Positions 50,605 through 60,175 of a stretch of DNA of 64,000 nt are shown in pieces. Made by a program: the position numbers and the translations under genes. Source of the stretch: Phenylobacterium sp. (GTDB lineage Bacteria; Pseudomonadota; Alphaproteobacteria; Caulobacterales; Caulobacteraceae). How positions within the stretch are numbered: position 1 is the stretch's first letter; every line of letters starts with the position of its first letter. The notes under the pieces are model-generated. The model was not told where the DNA came from. It was given only the letters and a program-made list of their open reading frames with translations, and made no database searches. The DNA lies in NCBI RefSeq assembly GCF_004799515.1, contig NZ_SSMX01000041.1:12687-76686 (forward strand), written 5' to 3'.

Positions 50605-51846
50605 ATGGACTTCAACGACACCCCGGAAGAAGCCGTCTACCGAACCCAGGTGAAGGCCTGGCTCGAGGCCAACGCTCCCAAGCGCTACGAGGGCGGCGAC
50701 GTCGAGGAAGGCGGAGCGGAAGGCTCCTTGGGCATGGCCGCCGCCCGGGCCTGGCAGGCCAAGAAGGCCGCCGCCGGATACGCCCAGATCACCTGGCCCA
50801 AGGACTGGGGCGGGGCTGGCGGCACGCCGATCCAGCAGGTGATCTTCAACCAGGAAGAAGCCAACTATCCGGTGCCGGGCAACCCGTTCCAGATCGGGCT
50901 CGGCATGTGCGTGCCGACCGTGGCGACCTTCGCCGACCAGGCCACCAAGGACCGCTTCGTGGGTCCGGCCCTGCGCGGCGAAGAGATCTGGTGCCAACTG
51001 TTCTCCGAGCCCTCCGGCGGCTCCGACGTGGCGGCGGCGCGGACCAAGGCGGTGCGCGCGGACGACAGCTCCGGCGACTGGATCATCTCGGGCCAGAAGG
51101 TGTGGACGACGGGGGCGCAGTTCTCCGACTTCGGCATCGTGGTGACCCGCACCAACCCCGACGCGCCCAAGCACAAGGGCCTGACCATGTTCTGGGTCGA
51201 CATGCATGACCCGGGCATCGAGGTGAAACCGATCCACCAGATGAGCGGCGGCTCCGGCTTCAACGAGGTATTCTTCACCGATGTGCGGGTGAAGGACAGC
51301 CAGCGGGTGGGCGCGGTCGACGACGGCTGGCGGGTCAGCCTGGTCACCCTGATGAACGAGCGCCTGGCGGTGGGCGGGCCGAGCGGGACCGGCTGGGCGC
51401 AGTTCCTGGAGACGGCCCGCAGCGTGCCCGGCCTCGACGGCGCTCCGGCGATCCAGGACCGGGCGCTGCGCGAGAAGCTGGCCGACTGGTACGTGGCCAC
51501 CGAAGGCCTGAAGCACACCCGCAACCGCACCATGACCGCCCTGTCGCGCGGTCAGACGCCGGGGCCGGAAAGCTCCATCGGCAAGGTGGTCACCGCGCTG
51601 CAGATGCAGGACCTGGCCAACACCGCCGTGGAGATGCTGGACCAGTACGGGATCATCAACGATCCGGAGCTCGCGCCCCTGCACGCGGCCTTCCAGGGCT
51701 CGCTGATGTTCGCGCCGGGGCTGCGGATCGCCGGCGGCACCGACGAGATCCTCAAGAACATCATCGCCGAGCGGGTCCTGGGCCTGCCCGGAGACATCCG
51801 CGTGGACAAGGACGTGGCGTTCAAGGACTTGCCGACGGGGCGGTGA
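50605..51846 (+). CDS. Acyl-CoA dehydrogenase, probable catalytic subunit
   Basis: WCQLFSEPSGGSD, GQKVWT, FNEVFFTDV, TLMNER, IAGGTDEI. Confidence 0.9.
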   Translation: MDFNDTPEEAVYRTQVKAWLEANAPKRYEGGDVEEGGAEGSLGMAAARAWQAKKAAAGYAQITWPKDWGGAGGTPIQQVIFNQEEANYPVPGNPFQIGLGMCVPTVATFADQATKDRFVGPALRGEEIWCQLFSEPSGGSDVAAARTKAVRADDSSGDWIISGQKVWTTGAQFSDFGIVVTRTNPDAPKHKGLTMFWVDMHDPGIEVKPIHQMSGGSGFNEVFFTDVRVKDSQRVGAVDDGWRVSLVTLMNERLAVGGPSGTGWAQFLETARSVPGLDGAPAIQDRALREKLADWYVATEGLKHTRNRTMTALSRGQTPGPESSIGKVVTALQMQDLANTAVEMLDQYGIINDPELAPLHAAFQGSLMFAPGLRIAGGTDEILKNIIAERVLGLPGDIRVDKDVAFKDLPTGR

Positions 51847-52029
51847 CATCAGTTTTGAATGTCGGGAAACCGACGTTCGCGGATCAAAGTTTCCCTTTTT
51901 AGGCGAGCACGATTGCTTACGGTGTAATCTTTTCTTAAGGATACCGCAAAGCTTCCTCGGACTGCTCCGTATGGGGCGGCAGCAGCCGGTTCGGAAGGTC
52001 GCACCAGCGTTTGTTTGGGGGTTCATCAC

Positions 52030-52821
52030 GTGAAGACCAAGGGTATCACCGGCCTTAAGGCCGCGCTTGTTGCGGCCGCCAGCTTGACCGCGATGGGCCT
52101 TGCGACCCACGCCTCGGCCGACCAGACGATCTACCTGCAGAACCTGTCGATGAACGAGAACTACGAGGCCAGCATTGCGGGCTTCGGCGCGGCCTATTCC
52201 AACATCATGACGTTCGCGGTCAGCACGACGCCGAACGGCCCGACCACCAACATTTCCGGCTTCTGCGTGGACATCTTCCACGAGATCACCACCGGTGCGC
52301 TGCCGAACTACGCCTACAACTCGACGTTCGGCAACACGACCAACGCCCTGACCCACAACTTCGACTATGAGCCGCCGACCTATCCGGCCTCCGACCCGCT
52401 GGGCAAGGACACGAAGCTCTCCACCACTCAGATCAAGGCGATCACCGATCTGGTGGACACCGGCTGGATCCTCAACGAGGAGGCCGCGCCCGACGCGGCG
52501 CTGCAGGACGCCGCCATCCAGGCTGCGATCTGGGAGATCGAGAACCCGGGCGCCGTCAGCCTGATCGACACCGGCCGCTCGGACTTCGGCGCCTACGAGG
52601 CCGCGTACGCCAGCTACGTCGCCGGCACCTACACGGACCTCACCACCTCCAGCGACCTGATCTACATGATCACCGACGAGAACAGCGATCCGGCGCACCA
52701 GTCCTTCGCCATCGGCTGGCCGAACGCCGTGCCGGAACCGGCGACCTGGGCCCTGATGCTCACCGGCTTCTTCGGCGTGGGCGGCATGCTCCGCCGCCGC
52801 CAAGCCGCCGCCGCGGCCTGA
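52030..52821 (+). CDS. PEPxxWA-CTERM surface protein with putative thioester (TED/TQXA-like) domain
   Basis: Signal peptide ending HASA; C-terminal VPEPATWALMLTGFFGVGGMLRRR; internal FCVD, IQAAIW and HQSFAI motifs; GTG start. Confidence 0.88.
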   Translation: MKTKGITGLKAALVAAASLTAMGLATHASADQTIYLQNLSMNENYEASIAGFGAAYSNIMTFAVSTTPNGPTTNISGFCVDIFHEITTGALPNYAYNSTFGNTTNALTHNFDYEPPTYPASDPLGKDTKLSTTQIKAITDLVDTGWILNEEAAPDAALQDAAIQAAIWEIENPGAVSLIDTGRSDFGAYEAAYASYVAGTYTDLTTSSDLIYMITDENSDPAHQSFAIGWPNAVPEPATWALMLTGFFGVGGMLRRRQAAAAA

Positions 52822-52850
52822 GCCGGGCGACCACAAGCCTGAAACGATCG

Positions 52851-52878
52851 AGGGGCGCTCTTCGGAGCGCCCCTTTTT
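52851..52878 (+). terminator. Rho-independent terminator
   Basis: AGGGGCGCTC-TTCG-GAGCGCCCCT followed by TTTT. Confidence 0.9.
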
Positions 52879-52931
52879 CGTTGGCGTGACCAAACATCCG
52901 CTTTCCCAGGGAAGGCGGGATTAGATTCGAG

Positions 52932-54191
52932 TCAGGCGCTGAGCCGCATGGGCGCGCGGCGCGGGCTGCGGCTCAGGAGCTGGGTGTAGAGCCGGGTCAG
53001 GCCCTCGAAGGTGTGGTCCCAGCTGTGCCGCGTCTCGGCGCGCCGGCGCGCGGCGAGCTTGAGCGCGTCCAGGTCGCGGGCGAACAGGGCCTCCACCGCC
53101 TCGGCCAGGTTGGCCGGATCGACGCCATGGGCTAGCTGGCCCACCGTCTCGTCCAGCAGCTCGCCGACGCCGCCCTTGTTGGGGCCGACCACCGGCAGGC
53201 CGGCGGCCATGGCCTCCAGCACGACCAGGCCGAAGATCTCGTTCTCGTTGGCATGCAGGAAGGCGTCGCAGCTGGCGATCACCCCGGCCAGCCGCTCGGG
53301 CGCGCGCTCGAAGCCGATGCAGGCCACGCGGCTGTCGTACTTGGCGCCCTGGCCGGCGCCGATCAGCACCAGCCGGTAGGGGTCGCCCAGCATCTCCACC
53401 GCCGCCACCATGGAATCGATGTTCTTCTCCCGCGCAGGGCGGCCGGCGAAGACCAGTAGGCGGGAGTCGTTGGGGAAGCCCAGGCGCTTCAGGAGAGCGC
53501 CACGGTCGCCGCGGCTGGGATGGAACAGGTCCAGGTCGACGCCCAACGGATGGACGCTGACCCGGTCGACGCCGGCGTCGGCCAGGCGGCTGGCGGTATG
53601 GCGGCTGGGCGCCACGACATGGTCGAAGCGCCGGTAGGCTTGGGCCCAGAAGTTGAAGGTCGGCTGCTCGGCCCAGTCGCCGAGATGCAGGGCCGCGAGC
53701 GTCGGGGCGTCGGTGTGGCAGACGCCCACCACCGGCACGCCCAGGGCCTCGCCCGCGTCCATGGCCGCGTGGCCGGGCACGAAGACGTCGCCGGCCTCGA
53801 TGATGTCCGGCTCCAGGAGCTGCAGCACCGCCGACCATTTGTTCGGGCTGGCCGGCATGCGGTAGCCGTCGCCGAACGGCAGCTTGGCGGCGCCGACCGT
53901 ATAGAGCCCCGGCCCGTCGGCGCGGGTGGCCGCGCCCGGCACCACCAGGGTGTGGCGGATGTCCGGCCGCCGGGTTTCCAGCCAGCCGCGCTTGGCTGTC
54001 AGGTAACGCTTCACCCCGCCGGACCGCGGCGCGTACATCATGGTGGTGTCGATCAGGTGGAAGCCCTGCGCCGGATCGTCGAACCCGGCGACCGGGCGTT
54101 CGATCCGGCCCGTGCGCGGGCGAGGCAGCACTCCGAGCTTACCGGCGGAGACATCGACCAATCGTCCGGCCCTTCTTTCCTCGAACCCCAT
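52932..54191 (-). CDS. GT4 (GT-B) glycosyltransferase
   Basis: YAPRSGGVKRY, VFAGR..REKN, NEIFGLVVLEAMAAGLPVV; start uncertain. Confidence 0.88.
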   Translation of the reverse strand: MGFEERRAGRLVDVSAGKLGVLPRPRTGRIERPVAGFDDPAQGFHLIDTTMMYAPRSGGVKRYLTAKRGWLETRRPDIRHTLVVPGAATRADGPGLYTVGAAKLPFGDGYRMPASPNKWSAVLQLLEPDIIEAGDVFVPGHAAMDAGEALGVPVVGVCHTDAPTLAALHLGDWAEQPTFNFWAQAYRRFDHVVAPSRHTASRLADAGVDRVSVHPLGVDLDLFHPSRGDRGALLKRLGFPNDSRLLVFAGRPAREKNIDSMVAAVEMLGDPYRLVLIGAGQGAKYDSRVACIGFERAPERLAGVIASCDAFLHANENEIFGLVVLEAMAAGLPVVGPNKGGVGELLDETVGQLAHGVDPANLAEAVEALFARDLDALKLAARRRAETRHSWDHTFEGLTRLYTQLLSRSPRRAPMRLSA

Positions 54192-54363
54192 CGCGCTCCC
54201 CCGCGCCGCGGCAACGGACAGCCTAGCCGTTCGATCCCGCCCGACCTTGCCTAGACTAGCGCGGTTAGCGGATTTTTTCCAAAGCCTGGCCAGCGGACCC
54301 CGCCTTTCCTTCATGCTGAAGCTGCACGTTCAAATTGGGGCGGACGCCCGACTCGGCAAGGTC

Positions 54364-55989
54364 TCAGCGTGGATCGTACGCCTTGGCGAACTCAGGACGA
54401 GCGCCAATGTTCGGCAGGAACAGGGGGTCGATACGCGCGTGGGTCGCCTGTTCGAAAGCGTAGCCGAAGGCCAGCAGCTTGGCGTCCGACCAGGCCGGAC
54501 CGATCAGCGACAGATTCACCGGCAGGCCGGAGACATTGCCCATCGGCACAGTCAGGTGCGGATAGCCCGAAACCGCCGGCAGGGTGGAATAGGAGCCCAG
54601 GCTGCGGCTGCCGTCGATCGGGTCGACGATGGAGGCGGGCCCGGTTGACGGCCCCACCAGCACCTCGACGTCATTGTCGTGCAGCATGTGATCGAGGGCC
54701 TCGCGCGACAGGCGCCGGGCGGTGTCGCGGCGCTGGATGTAGTTGGCGTTGGTGATCGGCGGGGCGTTGATCGATTCCTCGAAGATCTCCTGGCCGAACA
54801 ACGGCGTCTCTCGGGACTCCTTGTTGTTGAAGGCCACCAGGGCCTCCATGGAGCGCGCGGTGACCTTGGGCGCGGTGGTCAGCAGGTAGCTGTTGAGCGC
54901 CGCCTTGAACTCGACCCGCAGCGCCTCGCCCTCGTTGGTGGAGATGGCGCTCATGTCGGCGTCGGCCGGGGTCTTGACCTCCACCAGGATCGCGCCGGCC
55001 TTGCGAAGGGCGACCAGCGCATCCTCGAACACCGCGTCGGTCTGCGGCGAACGGCCGGCGGTCATGCGCAACACGCCCACGCGCACGCCCTTCAGGGCGT
55101 CGGGGCGCAGGCCGGCCAGGTAGTCGGCCTTGCGCAGGTCGGCCTCCTTGGTCCAGGCGTCGGCGGGGTCGGACCCGGCCATGGCGGTCAGCATGGCGGC
55201 GGTGTCGCGCACGGTGCGCGCCATGGGCCCGGGCGTGTCCTGCTCCGGCGAGATCGGCACCACGAAGGTGCGCGAGACCAGGCCCAGCGTCGGCTTAAGG
55301 CCCACGACCCCATTGATCGCCGAGGGGCAGGTGACCGAGCCATCGGTCTCGGTGCCCACCGCCAGCGTCACCAGTCCGGCGGAGACCGCCACGGCGGAGC
55401 CCGCGCTGGAGCCGCAGGCGGTGCGGTCCAGCGAATAGGGGTTGCGAACCAGGCCGGCGACCCCGGTCCAGCCGCTGATCGAATGGGTGGATCGGAAGTT
55501 GGCCCACTCCGACAGGTTGGCCTTGCCCAGGACCACCGCGCCGGCGTCGGTCAGCCGCTTGACGAGGACCGCGTCGCGGCCGGTGACGTTGTCGATCAGG
55601 GCGAGGGAGCCGGCGGTGGTGGCCGTGCCGTCGGCGCTCTCGATATTGTCCTTCAGCAGCACCGGCAGGCCGTGCAGGGGGCCGCGCACGTGGCCGGCCT
55701 TGCGCTCGCCGTCCATCCGGCGCGCGTCGGCCAGCGCGTGCGGGTTGAGCGCGATGACGCTGTTCAGCTTCGGGCCTTTGCGGTCGAGCTCGGCGATGCG
55801 GCCGAGGTAGGCCTGCACCAGGGCCTCGGAGGTCAGCGTCCCGGCCTGCATGGCCGCTTCCTGATCGGCGCCCGAGGCGAAGGGGCTCAACGCGCTCGGG
55901 CCTGGGGCGGCCGGAGTCTGCGCGACCGCCGCGCCCGCGACAAAAACGGCGGCGGCGAGAGCGGCCGCGAAGGTCTGTGGCTTGAGCAT
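54364..55989 (-). CDS. Exported amidase (amidase-signature family)
   Basis: Signal peptide, LLKDNI, GKANLSEWANF, GSSAGS, GTETDGSV. Confidence 0.92.
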   Translation of the reverse strand: MLKPQTFAAALAAAVFVAGAAVAQTPAAPGPSALSPFASGADQEAAMQAGTLTSEALVQAYLGRIAELDRKGPKLNSVIALNPHALADARRMDGERKAGHVRGPLHGLPVLLKDNIESADGTATTAGSLALIDNVTGRDAVLVKRLTDAGAVVLGKANLSEWANFRSTHSISGWTGVAGLVRNPYSLDRTACGSSAGSAVAVSAGLVTLAVGTETDGSVTCPSAINGVVGLKPTLGLVSRTFVVPISPEQDTPGPMARTVRDTAAMLTAMAGSDPADAWTKEADLRKADYLAGLRPDALKGVRVGVLRMTAGRSPQTDAVFEDALVALRKAGAILVEVKTPADADMSAISTNEGEALRVEFKAALNSYLLTTAPKVTARSMEALVAFNNKESRETPLFGQEIFEESINAPPITNANYIQRRDTARRLSREALDHMLHDNDVEVLVGPSTGPASIVDPIDGSRSLGSYSTLPAVSGYPHLTVPMGNVSGLPVNLSLIGPAWSDAKLLAFGYAFEQATHARIDPLFLPNIGARPEFAKAYDPR

Positions 55990-56070
55990 GACGTTCCCCG
56001 AATCCCGAGCCTCTATGAGAAACGAGGCCCGATGGAAACGCCAGTTGGCGAATTGTCCCCCTTTTTGTGT

Positions 56071-56214
56071 CCTTCTCCCGCCGGGAGAAGGTGTCGGCGT
56101 CGCCGACGGATGAGGGCGTCTTGCGCTTATGCAAAAGGCCGGAGTCGGGACCTGCCCTGGGGGCGGTCCCTCGTCCGGCCTGCTGCGCAGTCCACCTTCT
56201 CCCGGGCGGGAGAG
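56071..56214. repeat. Inverted pair of REP-like palindromic elements
   Basis: 56071-56116 (reverse complement CCCTCATCCG...CACCTTCTCCCGGCGGGAGAAGG) faces 56168-56214 (CCCTCGTCCGG...CACCTTCTCCCGGGCGGGAGAG). Confidence 0.75.
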
Positions 56215-56226
56215 TGGTTGGCGCTG

Positions 56227-56409
56227 CTACTTCTTCAGCGCTTGACGGGCGGCGTCCTTCAGGTTGCCGACGCCCTTCTGCACCTTGCCGGCGACCCGCT
56301 CGGAGGCGCCTTCGGCGGCCAGGCGGTCGTTGCCCGTGGCCTTGCCGATACCTTCTTTCACCGAGCCCTTGGCGTCCTTGGCGGCGCCCTTGATCTGATC
56401 CTTGTGCAT
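56227..56409 (-). CDS. csbD: CsbD family stress protein
   Basis: DQIKG..KDAKGSVKE.IGKATGN..L.AEG...G..QK..G. Confidence 0.92.
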   Translation of the reverse strand: MHKDQIKGAAKDAKGSVKEGIGKATGNDRLAAEGASERVAGKVQKGVGNLKDAARQALKK

Positions 56410-56463
56410 GGGAGCACTCCTGGTCTGAGTTTCAGCAGGGCCCGCGGCCCCGTCGGCTCCCAG

Positions 56464-56489
56464 TACGCAGAAGCGCAGCCTTGGGTTCC
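56464..56489 (-). promoter_or_regulatory. EcfG/SigT-type promoter of csbD
   Basis: GGAAC-N17-CGTA on the minus strand; csbD is a known general-stress-response regulon member. Confidence 0.7.
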
Positions 56490-56602
56490 TCGTCCCGCGC
56501 CTTTGCGAGGAGGAAGCCGGTGGCGCGATTGCGCCGGAGCCTTGGGGCCGCTATCTGCGGGGCCAACTCCCAGTCATTCCAACCAGCGGTGCGGACGCCC
56601 CC

Positions 56603-58267
56603 ATGGCGCAGCAATACATTTATCAGATGCAGGGCCTGACCAAGGCCTTCCCCGGCGCCCCGAAGAAGACCTTCTCGGACATCTGGCTGTCGTTCTACCC
56701 GGACGCCAAGATCGGCGTGGTCGGCGTCAACGGCTCCGGCAAGTCGACGCTGCTGAAGATCATGGCCGGCCTCGACAAGGACTTCCAGGGCGAGGCCTTC
56801 GCCGCCGAGGGCGTGAAGCGCGGCTATCTGGAGCAGGAGCCCAAGCTCGACGACCAGCTCGACGTCTGGGCCAACGTCATCGCCTGGTGCGAGGAGAAGA
56901 AGCTCTTCGACGCGTACAACGCCATCGCCGCCAAGCTGGGCGAGGAGTACACCGACGAGCTGATGGAAGAGATGACCGCGCTCCAGGAAAAGCTGGACGC
57001 CGGCGACCTCTGGGACATCGACAGCCGCATCGAAATGGCCATGGGCGCCCTGCGCTGCCCGCCCAACGACTGGCCGGTGGACAAACTGTCGGGCGGTGAG
57101 CGCCGCCGGGTGGCGCTGGCCCGCCTGCTGCTCTCCAAGCCCGACATGATGCTGCTGGACGAGCCCACCAACCACCTGGACGCCGAGAGCGTGGCCTGGC
57201 TGCAGCACCACCTGGAGGACTTCCCGGGCTGCGTGATCCTGGTGACCCACGACCGCTACTTCCTGGACCAGGTGACCAAGTGGACCCTGGAGCTCGACCG
57301 CGGCAAGGGCCTGCCCTACGAGGGCAACTATTCCGCCTGGCTGGAGCAGAAGACCAAGCGGATCGCGCAGGAAGAACGCGAAGAGGCCGGGAAGAAGCGG
57401 GCGATCGACCGGGAGCTGGCCTGGGTGCGCTCCTCGCCGAGCGCCCGGCGCACCAAGTCCAAGGCGCGCCTCGCCGCCTTCCACGACCTGCAGAACGAGG
57501 CTGAGAACGCCAAGCAGACCTTTGCCCAGATCCAGATCCCGCCGGGTCCGCGTCTGGGCCAGATGGTCATCGAGGTGAACGGCGTCGAGAAGGCCTATGG
57601 CGACAAGCTGTTGTTCAAGGACCTGACCTTCAAGCTGCCGCCGGGCGGCATCGTGGGGGTGATCGGGCCGAACGGGGCCGGCAAGTCGACGCTGTTCAAG
57701 ATCATCACCGGGCAGGAGACGCCGGACGAGGGCTCCATCCGCCTGGGCGAGACGGTGAAGCTGGCCTACGTCGACCAGAGCCGCGACAACCTCGACCCCA
57801 ACAAGAACGTCTGGGAAGAGATCTCCGGCGGACTGGACGTGATGAAGGTCGGCGGCCGCGAAATCCCCAGCCGCGCCTATGTCGGCTCGTTCAACTTCAA
57901 GGGCGCCGACCAGCAGAAGAAGGTGGGCCTGCTGTCAGGCGGGGAGCGCAACCGCGTGCACCTGGCCAAGACGCTGGCCGCCGGCGGCAACGTCCTGATG
58001 CTCGACGAACCGACCAACGACCTGGACGTGGAGACGCTCGGCGCCCTGGAAAGCGCGCTGGAGGATTTCCCCGGCTGCGCCGTGGTCATCAGCCACGACC
58101 GCTTCTTCCTGGACCGCCTGGCGACCCACATCCTGGCCTTCGAAGGCGACAGCCAGGTCGACTGGTTCGAGGGCAACTTCGAAGCCTACGAAGAGGACAA
58201 GAAGCGCCGCCTGGGCGCCGACAGCCTCATCCCGCACCGGATCAAGTTCCAGAAGTTCACGCGGTAG
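56603..58267 (+). CDS. ettA: Energy-dependent translational throttle protein EttA (ChvD)
   Basis: [47 protein letters not shown], second ABC cassette. Confidence 0.95.
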   Translation: MAQQYIYQMQGLTKAFPGAPKKTFSDIWLSFYPDAKIGVVGVNGSGKSTLLKIMAGLDKDFQGEAFAAEGVKRGYLEQEPKLDDQLDVWANVIAWCEEKKLFDAYNAIAAKLGEEYTDELMEEMTALQEKLDAGDLWDIDSRIEMAMGALRCPPNDWPVDKLSGGERRRVALARLLLSKPDMMLLDEPTNHLDAESVAWLQHHLEDFPGCVILVTHDRYFLDQVTKWTLELDRGKGLPYEGNYSAWLEQKTKRIAQEEREEAGKKRAIDRELAWVRSSPSARRTKSKARLAAFHDLQNEAENAKQTFAQIQIPPGPRLGQMVIEVNGVEKAYGDKLLFKDLTFKLPPGGIVGVIGPNGAGKSTLFKIITGQETPDEGSIRLGETVKLAYVDQSRDNLDPNKNVWEEISGGLDVMKVGGREIPSRAYVGSFNFKGADQQKKVGLLSGGERNRVHLAKTLAAGGNVLMLDEPTNDLDVETLGALESALEDFPGCAVVISHDRFFLDRLATHILAFEGDSQVDWFEGNFEAYEEDKKRRLGADSLIPHRIKFQKFTR

Positions 58268-58325
58268 GCCCGGCGCCCGCCCGCCGGACCAGGCCGGCGG
58301 AACGGGAAACCGGGGCGAAGGCGAA

Positions 58326-58742
58326 CTACTTCGGCGGCGTCGAGGCCGGCGCGGCGTCCGGCGTGCTGGCCGCCGGCGGGTTCACCGCGCCCGTGGAAGA
58401 CGCGGTCGGCGGCGTCGCCGGCGCGGCTTGCTGGCCGCCTTCCGAGGGCGGGTTGGCGGTGGTGGCCGCGCCGCCCACATCGTTCGGCAGACTGGGCGTC
58501 GGGCTGGCCGGGGCGGTGGCGCTGGTGTTGGCGCTGGCGCCCGTGCTGGCCACCTGGCCGGCCGACCAGTCCTTTGACTTCCGCATCTTGGGCGAGGCCT
58601 TCATGTAGGCGTTCAGTTCGGAATAGGGGATCGGCTGCGACGGGCCGGCGACGGTCGGACCGCCGTTCTTGCCCTGGGCGAGCGTGGGGCCGGCGGCGAA
58701 GGCGATGGCGGCCGCGCCGGCGGCCAGCAGGATGGTCTTCAT
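58326..58742 (-). CDS. Secreted Pro/Ala/Thr-rich hypothetical protein
   Basis: Signal peptide, PSQPIPYSEL.AY segment, low-complexity tail. Confidence 0.7.
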   Translation of the reverse strand: MKTILLAAGAAAIAFAAGPTLAQGKNGGPTVAGPSQPIPYSELNAYMKASPKMRKSKDWSAGQVASTGASANTSATAPASPTPSLPNDVGGAATTANPPSEGGQQAAPATPPTASSTGAVNPPAASTPDAAPASTPPK

Positions 58743-58852
58743 GGGAAATCCCTCACGACGAAAACACCGTTGAAGCGGCGCCGGGATTAACCTTTGAGCC
58801 TGCCGTAAGGTTTCGCTTTCTGCCCAGGAATCGGTGGCCGGCTCGGCGCGCC

Positions 58853-58878
58853 GGAACTGTCGTCCCGGGAGACCGGTT
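58853..58878 (+). promoter_or_regulatory. Putative EcfG/SigT-type promoter of the pfpI-like gene
   Basis: GGAAC-N18-GTT. Confidence 0.55.
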
Positions 58879-58924
58879 CTGGCGTCACGTCCTCAAACCC
58901 AGAGTCCCGACAGGAGCAAAGCCC

Positions 58925-59464
58925 ATGGCCAATGACACTCTGCGCGGCAGGAAGGTCGCCGTCCTCGCGACCGACGGCTTCGAGCAGTCGGAGCTGCAGA
59001 AGCCGGTCCAGGCGCTGAAAGACGCCGGCGCCACGGTGGAGGTGGTCTCGCCGAAGTCCGGCGAGATCCAGGGCTACCAGCACCACGACAAGGGCGCGAT
59101 GGTGCGGGTCGACCGGCTGCTGGCCCAGGCCAACGCCGACGACTACGACTCCATCGTCCTGCCGGGCGGGGTGATGAACCCCGATGCGCTCAGGCTCGAG
59201 CCCAAGGCCATCGACTTCGTGCGCGCCTTCGCCGAGGCCGGCAAGCCGATCGCCGCCATCTGCCACGGCCCCTGGACGCTGATCAACGCCGAGGCCGTCG
59301 AGGGCAAGCGGATGACCTCCTGGCCCTCGCTGGAGGTCGACCTGAAGAACGCCGGCGCCGACTGGGTGGACGAAGAGGTGGTGGTCGACGACGGCCTGGT
59401 GACCTCACGCAAACCTGACGACCTGCCGGCCTTCTGCGCCAGGATGATCGAGGCGTTCGCGTAA
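58925..59464 (+). CDS. PfpI/DJ-1 family (YhbO-like) protein
   Basis: LATDGFEQSE, LPGG.MNPD.LR, AAICHGPW, TSRKPDDLPAF. Confidence 0.93.
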   Translation: MANDTLRGRKVAVLATDGFEQSELQKPVQALKDAGATVEVVSPKSGEIQGYQHHDKGAMVRVDRLLAQANADDYDSIVLPGGVMNPDALRLEPKAIDFVRAFAEAGKPIAAICHGPWTLINAEAVEGKRMTSWPSLEVDLKNAGADWVDEEVVVDDGLVTSRKPDDLPAFCARMIEAFA

Positions 59465-59490
59465 GCGCCGCCACTAGGCCCGCGGGCGCC

Positions 59491-60036
59491 TTACTCCAAG
59501 AGGCCTCTAAGCAGGCTCTCATAGTCGGCGACGGTCCCGCCGCTGATGTCCTCGCGCTTGCCGAGGTCGTCCCAGCGGCGGAGCGCCGCGGCTTCGCGCC
59601 AATAGGGCCGGCGCTCGAAGGCGGCGGCTTGGCCGGCGTCGAAGGGGCCGCCCTGCAGGGCCAGTGACTTCACCGACGCCGGGCTGAGGGCTTCGAAATA
59701 GCCCGGCTCGGCGAAGCAGAGGTAGCGCTTGGCGGCGACGTGCAGGGCGATCGGCGTGCGCACCGCCTCGCCGAACAAGCCCTTCAGCGCCTGGGCGCCG
59801 GTGATCTCGTGGCGCTCATCGAGGCCGGCGTCGGCGGCGTGCTCGTTCGCGGTCAAGAGATGGCCGACGTCGTGCAGCAAGGCGGCGGCGACCAGGCTGG
59901 CCGGCGCGCCCTCGGCCTGCGCCAGGGCGGCGCACTGGGCGGCGTGCTCCATCTGGGTCACGCCCTCGCCGTAGGTCAGGCCGCCATGCGCGGCGTAGAG
60001 GCGCTCGACGTCTTCGAGGCTGGCGAGGCGGACCAT
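59491..60036 (-). CDS. HD-domain protein, PhnZ/TmpB-like di-iron oxygenase type
   Basis: TQMEHAAQC, LLHDVGH, HE, LHVAAKRY, SLALQGGP, RRWDD; start placed at MVRL. Confidence 0.75.
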   Translation of the reverse strand: MVRLASLEDVERLYAAHGGLTYGEGVTQMEHAAQCAALAQAEGAPASLVAAALLHDVGHLLTANEHAADAGLDERHEITGAQALKGLFGEAVRTPIALHVAAKRYLCFAEPGYFEALSPASVKSLALQGGPFDAGQAAAFERRPYWREAAALRRWDDLGKREDISGGTVADYESLLRGLLE

Positions 60037-60175
60037 CGAGGTTTTCCCTGGAGTAAGACGGCGAGGAAACAGGCGGTCGGGCCGGCGGGCAAGCCACGAC
60101 GGATGCGGCGCCGACGCCCAAGCGACGCTATAGACCGACCGTGTCCAACCGAAGACAGCCCAGGAACCCGTGCGC

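Noticed and set aside
51900-51917. Sigma-54 promoter for the PEP-CTERM gene (AGGCGAGCACGATTGC)
   Set aside because: GG-to-GC spacing is 11 nt rather than the strict 10 nt.
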